IMG/VR virus record: IMGVR_UViG_3300043218_000060
Span: 1 to 44,098 of that record
Length of the DNA: 44,098 bases
DNA from: a virus
Lineage: Duplodnaviria; Caudoviricetes
Strand: one strand, 5' to 3'
A program made the translations under genes and the position numbers. The first letter of the stretch is position 1; every line of letters starts with the position of its first letter. The notes beneath the pieces were generated by a model that saw only the letters and a program-made list of their open reading frames with translations, was not told the DNA's origin and made no database searches. Positions 16,903 to 25,065 of the stretch are shown here, piece by piece.

Positions 16903-18522
16903 GTGAAGATAGTGGCAGAAGCAAAACAACATAGAAAATATACAGAGCAAGAGATTGATGTTGGCCTTGAAGTGATAACGGACCACAAACAGTTCTGTAG
17001 CAATGTGCTTAGGATTGGATCAAAGAGCGGTAAGGTAATACCACTTATCCATAAGAAAGCGCAAAGAGAACTGCTTAAGATGAGAGAAAGACAGTTAAAA
17101 GAGACCGGCATAGTAAGAATAATCATCGTTAAGGCACGTAGGCAGGGGATATCAACGGAAGTAGCTGCAATCGGCTACAATAATGCGTTGAATGCAGACC
17201 TAAGCGATGATAAGTATAGCGTATTTATACTGGCGCATAGGGAGGATACGTGTTTAAAGCTTTTTGATATAGTCAATACATTCCACAAGCATTCATCAGA
17301 CTTTCAACCAACGCTCAAATCATGCAGTAAAACGGAGATGATATTTGCCAACAGTGGATCATCTTACAGCACTGGTACGGCGGGTAAGGACTTAAAGACT
17401 GCTAGCGACATTGGCCGAGGCATGACAAATCATTTCTTACATATATCGGAGTTAGCACATATAAAGAACGCTGAAGAGTTAGCGAGTGGCTTACTCGAGA
17501 CAGTTGACTATTGCCCCGGTACGGAAATATATCTTGAGACAACCGCGAAGGGCGAAGGCAACTATTTCCATAACCAATACTTGCTGGCAAAGAAGGGTGA
17601 GACAGAGTTTGAAGCGTTCTTTGCACCATGGTTCTGGGACGAAGACTGTCAAAAAGATGTGCCTGAAGGTTTTAAGTTAACGGAAGAAGAAAGAGCATAT
17701 AAAGAGATTTATGGCTTAAACAATAGGCAGATGGCATGGAAGCGGAACAAAGAGAAGGTGCAAGGCAAGACAGAAAAAGAGGGTAAGATGAAGTTTAAGC
17801 AGGAATACCCAGCTAACGATGTTGAAGCCTTCCAGTTTAGCGCAACCGAAAGCTTCTTACCCGTAGACTCTGTTATTAGGTCCACGCAGACGCCAGGATA
17901 TAAGTCAGAGGGTGCGATCATAGCAGGGTACGATCCTTCAGAATGTACTGGTAATGACGAAGATGCTTTCATATATCGACAGGAGTTTAATGCTTGGGGG
18001 CTTGAGTATAAAAGGTTTGACGGTTACCCACAACAAGTTGACTACATAAAAACCAAGCTTGATAAAAAAATGCCGTATATTGATTTATTAGTGATAGATG
18101 CAGGCGGAGGTGGTAGGCAAATATACCAGACATTGTTAAGCGATGGTTATGGCGATAGGGTAAGACTTGTTGATTATGGAGCTACTGCAGACGATCCGTT
18201 GAAATTTAAAAATAGGAAGGCAGAGATGTCGTTCAGGCTTAGAGAGATGTTGTTTAACAACGATATGCCACTATCAATACAGGTAGATGAATCAGCCAAG
18301 CTAAAATCAGAGATGATAATAGAGGGAAGCAACGGGTTTGAGGCTTTAGATGGTAAGCTTGAGATGGAAAAGAAGGCAAGTTTAATATCACGTGGTCATA
18401 AATCACCGAACGGATATGACGCTTTAAGGCAAACATTCGCTTTTAAGTTTATCCGTAAAGGGATTACGAGAAGTCACAGATCAACACAAACAACAAACAA
18501 CAGCAGAAGGCGCAGGGCATAA
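16903..18522 (+). CDS. terL: Terminase large subunit (probable start GTG 16912)
   Basis: VKARRQGIST Walker A, LHISE Walker B, ETTAKG, FKQEYP, GYDP and IDAGGGG nuclease motifs. Confidence 0.95.
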   Translation: MKIVAEAKQHRKYTEQEIDVGLEVITDHKQFCSNVLRIGSKSGKVIPLIHKKAQRELLKMRERQLKETGIVRIIIVKARRQGISTEVAAIGYNNALNADLSDDKYSVFILAHREDTCLKLFDIVNTFHKHSSDFQPTLKSCSKTEMIFANSGSSYSTGTAGKDLKTASDIGRGMTNHFLHISELAHIKNAEELASGLLETVDYCPGTEIYLETTAKGEGNYFHNQYLLAKKGETEFEAFFAPWFWDEDCQKDVPEGFKLTEEERAYKEIYGLNNRQMAWKRNKEKVQGKTEKEGKMKFKQEYPANDVEAFQFSATESFLPVDSVIRSTQTPGYKSEGAIIAGYDPSECTGNDEDAFIYRQEFNAWGLEYKRFDGYPQQVDYIKTKLDKKMPYIDLLVIDAGGGGRQIYQTLLSDGYGDRVRLVDYGATADDPLKFKNRKAEMSFRLREMLFNNDMPLSIQVDESAKLKSEMIIEGSNGFEALDGKLEMEKKASLISRGHKSPNGYDALRQTFAFKFIRKGITRSHRSTQTTNNSRRRRA

Positions 18523-18534
18523 GGAGGCAATATC

Positions 18535-18897
18535 ATGGGCGGAACAAGCGCAAACCCACTTACTAAAGGATTAGTGCCAGACATACCCAAACCACCATCG
18601 TCAGGCATCACCAAAGAGCAGCTGGAAGAGGCAAAGGAAAAGGGTGGTGTTTTCGGTGAATTTGCAAGAAGTGGTGGATTAAATCAATTTCTATTACCTG
18701 AGTTGCCCGACATGGGAGCAACAGAGCGTGCAAGACAAAGGGCATTAATAGAAAGAACGATAGCGGCTGCGTTCACTGGTACAGGCAGGAAGGCAACTAT
18801 AGCGACAAGCCCGCGGGGAGTGACAACACCCGCGCCGACCAGGAGAAGGACATTAACACCAACCGAAAGGACTGTAAGAAGGCGCATAACAAGCTAA
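18535..18897 (+). CDS. Small basic virion protein preceding portal
   Basis: MGG..P start and GRKATIATSPRG motif; synteny. Confidence 0.6.
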   Translation: MGGTSANPLTKGLVPDIPKPPSSGITKEQLEEAKEKGGVFGEFARSGGLNQFLLPELPDMGATERARQRALIERTIAAAFTGTGRKATIATSPRGVTTPAPTRRRTLTPTERTVRRRITS

Positions 18898-18909
18898 AAG
18901 GGATTAATC

Positions 18910-20607
18910 ATGGCAGACAATAAAGCACAACTAAGCGTAAGGAAAAAGCACCTTACAAGGTTCGGGGAGCTTAAAAGCGAGTATGAATCTAATGGTACAA
19001 GGGATAAGCATAGGCAGATAAACGATTACATCTACCCTGTTAGCGATAGTCTTAACGATGAGAACCTAGAGAACGATGGTAGGCGTAAAGACTTTAAGAT
19101 ACTTGACTCGACCGCGTCCATAGCGCATAGGAAGCTTACATCTATAATCTATAGCGGGATAACTTCGCCGGCTGTACCGTGGTTGAAGCTGACGACAGAG
19201 AACCCAGCATTTAAAGAAGTCACAACAGTTAAAGAATACTTTGATGAAGTGACTCGAATCCTTTTAGATAACCTCGCGAAGTCTAACTTTTACGTATCTG
19301 CTAAGTCTGTTTATGCCGAGATATCAGCTTTCGGCACTTCTGCCTTTCAGGTAGAACCGGACATTGACAAAGCCTTTAGGTTTATACCTTATACAATAGG
19401 TGAATATTATATTGATACATCGTTTAAAAATACCGTTGACACTATATATCGTGAGTTCGCAATGCGTGCAAGAAACGTTATAAACCAGTTCGGCAAGGAT
19501 AACGTATCGGATGATCTAAAGCGCAGCATTAAAGGCGACAAGGCTGGCAGTAAATGGGTTAAAATACTGCACGTACAAGAGCCCAACCTTAATAGAGACG
19601 TCACAAAGCTTGATGCGCGTAACAAGCCATATCTGTCAACATATTACGAGGTAAGCGGTGCTGCAACAGATCCGCCACTGAGGGTATCCGGCTACGATAC
19701 ACAGCCTTTCGTAGTACCGAGATGGAGCGTTAGCGGCAGCTCGATATGGGGTAAAGGTCCGGGCGAGATGGCACTAGGTGATGTAATGTCACTGCAAACG
19801 CTTGAAGAGGACATACTAGAAGCTTCTGCAATGGATTTAGATCCTGCGGTATTAGCAAATGGCCGGTTGGGTGACTTAACAATCAACTCGGGTAAGGGCG
19901 GAGTAACATGGATAGACAATGTAGAGACAAGCCTTGATGACGCTGTAAGGAAGCTATACGAAACAAATGCCGATATATCAAAGGTGTTATTGGCTAAGGC
20001 GGACATTAGAGACAGGATCAACTCGGTATTCTTCGCGAACCTTTTGGCGTTGCTATCATCATCTATCGATAATACACCAAAGACAGCTACAGAGGTGCTT
20101 GAGGCTAAAAGGGAAGAGCTTTTGCTACTCGGCCCGATAATGGAGCAACTACACCCGGACATGATAAGACCGATCGTTGAAAGATGCGTTGATATCTTGG
20201 ACAAGGCCGGATTATTACCCGATCCGCCGCCAGAGATCGAAGGTGAAGAAATCAAAATAGAGATTATATCGCTCATCCAATTAGCGCAAAGGATATCAGA
20301 GCTTACACCGATAGAGCAGTTTACGGCATATATAGAGAGGACAGCCCAAACGTTCCCAGAGATCAGAGACAAGTTTAATGCCGATCAAGCGGCCGATGAA
20401 GTGGCAAACGCTCTAGGGGTGAAGGCCGGCATCGTCAATTCAGATGAGGATGTGGCAACAAAGCGCGCGGCAGATCAGGCGGCACTTCAAGCGGAAAAAG
20501 ACGCGATACTGGCACAAGGTGCGATCGACAGCGCAAAGACATTATCAGAGACAGATACAAGCGGCGATAACGCTTTGACGGCACTAACTCAAGGAGGCGC
20601 ATCTTAA
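18910..20607 (+). CDS. Portal / head-tail connector (T7 gp8/Bbp21-like)
   Basis: DST...A...L, FGT, P..VPRW...WG.GP...ALGD, KTATEV...EE...LGP. Confidence 0.95.
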   Translation: MADNKAQLSVRKKHLTRFGELKSEYESNGTRDKHRQINDYIYPVSDSLNDENLENDGRRKDFKILDSTASIAHRKLTSIIYSGITSPAVPWLKLTTENPAFKEVTTVKEYFDEVTRILLDNLAKSNFYVSAKSVYAEISAFGTSAFQVEPDIDKAFRFIPYTIGEYYIDTSFKNTVDTIYREFAMRARNVINQFGKDNVSDDLKRSIKGDKAGSKWVKILHVQEPNLNRDVTKLDARNKPYLSTYYEVSGAATDPPLRVSGYDTQPFVVPRWSVSGSSIWGKGPGEMALGDVMSLQTLEEDILEASAMDLDPAVLANGRLGDLTINSGKGGVTWIDNVETSLDDAVRKLYETNADISKVLLAKADIRDRINSVFFANLLALLSSSIDNTPKTATEVLEAKREELLLLGPIMEQLHPDMIRPIVERCVDILDKAGLLPDPPPEIEGEEIKIEIISLIQLAQRISELTPIEQFTAYIERTAQTFPEIRDKFNADQAADEVANALGVKAGIVNSDEDVATKRAADQAALQAEKDAILAQGAIDSAKTLSETDTSGDNALTALTQGGAS

Positions 20608-21021
20608 TTGCATAGAGATAAGAACAACCAAAGACAGCAATCGACTAATCAGTCAAAGGTTGATGCGAACAGTGCAATGATACAGGTATTGTTAGAGGAA
20701 AAGAACTTTATCAATGGTGTAAAAAAGGCAATGAGCGTCCCGGAGTGTGAAGAGTTTGTGTTGTGGATATTACGACAGACCGCTCCACTTAAAGATGCGT
20801 ACACCGGATCAGCGGAGACTTATTACAAGCTTGGCAAGCAAAAAGTTGGCAAAGAGATAACGCGAGTATTAACAGAGGCAGAATATAAATTAAGCGTAAC
20901 TGATATATCAGATGAGTTAATGAAATGTATGAATAAGATGGATAATATAGAAAAAGAAATAGCTGCATTAAATAATGAAAATGAGGAGGCAAAGAAAAAT
21001 GGCAGAAGACACAACAAATAA
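20608..21021 (+). CDS. Bbp19-like protein
   Basis: FV.WIL..T...TYYKLGKQ.VG; lies between portal and scaffold. Confidence 0.6.
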   Translation: MHRDKNNQRQQSTNQSKVDANSAMIQVLLEEKNFINGVKKAMSVPECEEFVLWILRQTAPLKDAYTGSAETYYKLGKQKVGKEITRVLTEAEYKLSVTDISDELMKCMNKMDNIEKEIAALNNENEEAKKNGRRHNK

Positions 21022-21724
21022 TGCGCCTGATACTGCACAGGATAACACCAACGCAGACCAGACGCCAGCGCAGCAAACACCAGCAACAGAAGAACCTCAA
21101 GACAAGGGCTTCGCAGGCGGTGAAGGTAAAAGCGAAGGCGAAGGAGAGACCAAAGAACCGGAAGGCTTTGAAGATGGCAAAGACAGCAAAGATGGTGAAG
21201 GCGACAAAGAAGTAGATAAGGATGCCGATGCTGATAAAGCAGAAGGCGCGCCGGAGACTTATGAGAAGTTTGAGCTAGAAGAAGGCTTTGACATGACTGA
21301 TGATGAGCATAATATGGCAAGTGAAGTATTTAAAGAGCTGGGTTTATCACAGCCAAAAGCTCAAAGAATAATCAAACTCAAACAAGATTTCGACAAAGCT
21401 AGAGACGCGGATCTTGCAAAGAACCAAAAGGAAGAGACCGTTGCATGGCAAAAGGAAACACGCAAAGAGCTTGGCGATAACTACAAGGAGCAGATCAAGA
21501 AAGGGAAAAAGGCGCATGATACCTTTATGCCGGAAGCGTTTAAAGACTTCCTTGTAAAGACAGGGCTTGTACATCATCCCGACTACATAAGGGGTATGAT
21601 AAAAATAGGCGAGTCTATCAGTGAGGATACTTTTGTTAATAGTGAAAACAAAGTAGGAAAAGAAGAAACCTTTGGCAAGTATTCGGATATATTAGAACAA
21701 AATCCGAATCTAGGTAAACGTTAA
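20999..21724 (+). CDS. Capsid assembly scaffolding protein
   Basis: Acidic N-terminus, APETYE.F, FKELGLSQ.KAQ, GL..HP..IR...KIG..ISED; SD GAGGAGG. Confidence 0.88.
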   Translation: MAEDTTNNAPDTAQDNTNADQTPAQQTPATEEPQDKGFAGGEGKSEGEGETKEPEGFEDGKDSKDGEGDKEVDKDADADKAEGAPETYEKFELEEGFDMTDDEHNMASEVFKELGLSQPKAQRIIKLKQDFDKARDADLAKNQKEETVAWQKETRKELGDNYKEQIKKGKKAHDTFMPEAFKDFLVKTGLVHHPDYIRGMIKIGESISEDTFVNSENKVGKEETFGKYSDILEQNPNLGKR

Positions 21725-21748
21725 TTAATTTTTTAAAGGAGATACGAC

Positions 21749-22783
21749 ATGGCTGGGTTAGGAACTGAATATAACTTAATGGATCTCGCGAGGATTACGC
21801 TTTCAGATGGTAAGCTTGCGAAGGTCTATGATATGGTTACAGAAAATACACCAATCATCAGAGACTTAATGATGGTACAATGTAATAGAATCGATGAATT
21901 TGAACATGCAGAGCTTACCGGGTTGCCGACATCTTATTATGTTATGTTAGGACAGGGTTATCCGAAAAGCAAAGCAACAACCAAGATCGTAAAAGACGGT
22001 ACTGCTAGAGTCGGTAACAGGTTTGAGGTAGACAGAGAGACCGCTAGGCTGAGTGGCAATGTGCCGGAGTTTATGTCAAAGCAAGAGATGTTCCACATTA
22101 AATCTGTCATGGAAAAGATAGAAGAGACCATCATATACGGTGCTGCCGTTGATGTAGACGAATTTATCGGGATCCATGCAAGGTTGAGTACGCCGTCTGC
22201 CGATAGGAAAAACTCGGGATACAACATCATTAATGGTGGCGGTACCGGCTCGGATAACATGAGCGTCTTGGGTATCGTACACAGTACCGAAACATTCCAC
22301 GGCATATATCCGCAAGGTCAAAAGGCAGGGCTGGAGATCGATAGGATTGATAGCGTTTCTGGCGCTGACGGAGTGCCTATAACCGATCCGATAGACTCTA
22401 CAAGGGAGCTGTTAGGTTATAAGCGATTTGTTCAACAGATTCTTGGGATAGCTGTTCCGTCATGGCACGGTATTGTAAGGATATGCAACATTGACAACTC
22501 TCTCTTGATTGCCGATGCGTCTACCGGTGCTGACCTTAACGTGCTGTTCCAAAGGATGGCGTTAAGGATGACCCGCGTTAAGATCGGCAAGAAAAAGATA
22601 TACGTCAACGATACAGTGTACTCATTCATCATGCAACAGCTCTCAAAGACTGTTGGTGGTAATGTTGGGTTCTCGCAGGTGCAGGGGCAAGAACAAGTCC
22701 AATTCTGGGGCATTGACATCGAGGTATGTGATGCATTGCTCATCAATGAGGCGACTGTAGGCGGTACATTCAGCAAGGTCTAA
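21749..22783 (+). CDS. Major capsid protein (Bbp17-like)
   Basis: 344 aa after scaffold; TGLP, EVD, EF.G...R, GGTGSDN.S, RICNID, F.GI....CDAL...EA. Confidence 0.92.
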   Translation: MAGLGTEYNLMDLARITLSDGKLAKVYDMVTENTPIIRDLMMVQCNRIDEFEHAELTGLPTSYYVMLGQGYPKSKATTKIVKDGTARVGNRFEVDRETARLSGNVPEFMSKQEMFHIKSVMEKIEETIIYGAAVDVDEFIGIHARLSTPSADRKNSGYNIINGGGTGSDNMSVLGIVHSTETFHGIYPQGQKAGLEIDRIDSVSGADGVPITDPIDSTRELLGYKRFVQQILGIAVPSWHGIVRICNIDNSLLIADASTGADLNVLFQRMALRMTRVKIGKKKIYVNDTVYSFIMQQLSKTVGGNVGFSQVQGQEQVQFWGIDIEVCDALLINEATVGGTFSKV

Positions 22784-22818
22784 TATTAACAAGAACAATT
22801 AATTAAAAGGAGAACAAT

Positions 22819-23226
22819 ATGTTAGCACATCAAGACAATGTATTCAGCAACGCGCAAGTATTAACTGCGACTGCTGCATCAACAAACTATATCGATCTAG
22901 GTGCCGCCGGTGATCTGAAAGAAGGGAATCACGTCGTTGTTTATTCACCCGTGATCCTTGACTCTGCCGGTGATGCCGCCGTTCTTACGATAGATTGGGA
23001 AACAGACACTGATTCAGGGTTTGCTACAGCTCTTGAAACATTAATAAGTACTGGCCCTATTGCAGAGGCAGACTTGACGGCTGGGGTAATCGCGAAATTC
23101 AATATACCAAAAGGGTTAAAGCGATACAACAGGTTGTATTACACGGTAGCGACCGAGAACTTTACTACGGGTTCTATCTCCGCTAAAATCGTTAACGGCG
23201 TTGACAATGACAACGCGCCAGCTTAA
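22819..23226 (+). CDS. Capsid cement/decoration protein (Bbp16-like)
   Basis: FS.AQ..TATAASTN.IDLG...RY.RL.YTV...T.G.ISA. Confidence 0.82.
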   Translation: MLAHQDNVFSNAQVLTATAASTNYIDLGAAGDLKEGNHVVVYSPVILDSAGDAAVLTIDWETDTDSGFATALETLISTGPIAEADLTAGVIAKFNIPKGLKRYNRLYYTVATENFTTGSISAKIVNGVDNDNAPA

Positions 23227-23238
23227 GGAGGAGCAATT

Positions 23239-23541
23239 ATGTCTAAAAAATGGAAATGCATCAAAGAGTGCTATGTGCCGGTAGGCGGGGTTCTAAGGAA
23301 ATGGCTACCAGGTGCAATAGCAACAGGTGAAATAGACAAGAGCGCGGAAAAGCTATTTGTTCCCGTGAAGACGGCACCTGCTATTACCGCCCCAGACCCA
23401 GAAGCAGAGGCGAAAAGAGCAGCTGTCAAGGCAGAGCTTGACGCTCTGGTGGATCCGAAGGTTTCTTACCATCCAAACACAGGCTTAGAGAAGTTGGAAG
23501 CTCTGTTAAAGGCTGAGAAGGAAAAGAGGGCAGAAGCATAA
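23239..23541 (+). CDS. Hypothetical head-associated protein
   Basis: 100 aa after cement gene, SD AGGAGG. Confidence 0.65.
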   Translation: MSKKWKCIKECYVPVGGVLRKWLPGAIATGEIDKSAEKLFVPVKTAPAITAPDPEAEAKRAAVKAELDALVDPKVSYHPNTGLEKLEALLKAEKEKRAEA

Positions 23542-23553
23542 ATAGGTTAACTA

Positions 23554-23577
23554 GGCGGGGGTGTAAAAGCTCCCGCC
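23554..23577 (+). terminator. GC-rich hairpin after capsid genes
   Basis: GGCGGGGGT/GCTCCCGCC; lacks a U-tract, so may instead be a processing/stability hairpin. Confidence 0.5.
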
Positions 23578-23597
23578 ACTATTAGAGGTATTTTAAG

Positions 23598-24467
23598 ATG
23601 AAGTGGTTTAAAAGAAATTTCACATTATCAATAACAATTTTTCTCATATTAATAACGACTTTTGCTTATGCACTTACGTCAGTTGAGATTAAATCACACC
23701 CAGATTCTACTAATAGCGCAATAGTGGCAAACGATAAGCTTAACACAGCCGCAGAGCCTTATGAAGACGATATCTCAAGAGGGCTTATAAGTGGCAAGGA
23801 AGACTTTAATAAGTTTGGTAAAAACGGAGATGTAGGTACGGCAACTGAGGATGTATGGTCTTTTGGCGGTACAAAAACATATCTAAGCAGCGGTGAAATA
23901 TTAAAAATAACAAGCACTGACGTTGATGATGATGGCGATCCGGCAGACACCGGCGCGCGGACGATTGAAATTTATGGACTTGATGATAATTATGATGAAA
24001 TATCGGAAACAAGAACCTTAAACGGCCAAACAGCAGTTGATACGGTTGAAACATATCTTAGGGTATATCGCGCAATAATAAGGTCGGCGGGATCTACGCA
24101 ATCTAACGAAGGCACAATCTCAATAAAGAACAATGCCTCTACAGTAACTATGGCTACGATTGATCCGGGAGAAGGACAAACATTAATGACCCACTATACC
24201 GTCCCGAACGGTAAGCAGATGCTTATCAAAAATTTATGCTTACAGGCAACGGGCAATAAGGATGTGAGTATAGCGTTATATGTTAGGCCTTTCGGCGAAG
24301 CATGGCAAGTGAAACTTACCGCAACATTAAATAACGGCACATTTAATAGGCTGTTTCTACCACCCTTTAAGATAGATGCAAAGTCCGATGTTGTTATAAG
24401 AGCTATATCTGTGCAGGCTGGCGGCATAGTTAATGCGGGGTGGGATAGTATTTTAGAGGATTTATAA
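23598..24467 (+). CDS. Beta-rich protein with signal-peptide-like N-terminus
   Basis: MKWFKRNF-hydrophobic core-AYA; located in virion cluster. Confidence 0.65.
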   Translation: MKWFKRNFTLSITIFLILITTFAYALTSVEIKSHPDSTNSAIVANDKLNTAAEPYEDDISRGLISGKEDFNKFGKNGDVGTATEDVWSFGGTKTYLSSGEILKITSTDVDDDGDPADTGARTIEIYGLDDNYDEISETRTLNGQTAVDTVETYLRVYRAIIRSAGSTQSNEGTISIKNNASTVTMATIDPGEGQTLMTHYTVPNGKQMLIKNLCLQATGNKDVSIALYVRPFGEAWQVKLTATLNNGTFNRLFLPPFKIDAKSDVVIRAISVQAGGIVNAGWDSILEDL

Positions 24468-24469
24468 AC

Positions 24470-25063
24470 ATGGCAACTAAAACGGAAATAGCAAACGATG
24501 CTTTAAACAGGATAGGTAGCTCTGAAATAAATGATATAGATACTGATACATCAGTAGAGGCCACAACTTGTAAACGTCATTTTGAGAGGGCACGCAAGGC
24601 ATATCTAAGGGACGCTGACCCGGGCTTTGCAAGGAAAGAGGTTGCTCTTGCTTTGGTATCAGGCGAGGAAGATAGTAAATATGAGCATGTGTACGCGTAT
24701 CCCGCCGATTGCATGAAAGCAAGAGAGATATTCAACCCAGCAAGCACAACGGAAGTGATCGAGTTTGATAAAGGGACCGATGCGGCCGGTAATAGCAAGA
24801 CAATCCTAACAGATCAAGAAGATGCTGTTTTGATATATACAAGGGACATAACTAATCTCAACGTATTTGAGCAGGATGATTTAGATGTATTGGCATTATC
24901 GTTGGCTATGAGAATAGTTATGAAAATAAAAAGAGATGAGCAGTTAAGGAACTCTATCGCGAACGAATATATTGCCGTACTCGGTATAGCAAAGAAGAAC
25001 AGCAATAAAGATAAGCATGTACCACTTAAAAAACACAGAAGGTATATAGACGCGAGAAGGTAA
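24470..25063 (+). CDS. Tail adaptor / tail tubular protein A (T7 gp11-like)
   Basis: EIANDALNRIG...I, FARK...LA, Y.YPADC, L.YT.D. Confidence 0.88.
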   Translation: MATKTEIANDALNRIGSSEINDIDTDTSVEATTCKRHFERARKAYLRDADPGFARKEVALALVSGEEDSKYEHVYAYPADCMKAREIFNPASTTEVIEFDKGTDAAGNSKTILTDQEDAVLIYTRDITNLNVFEQDDLDVLALSLAMRIVMKIKRDEQLRNSIANEYIAVLGIAKKNSNKDKHVPLKKHRRYIDARR

Positions 25064-25065
25064 CT

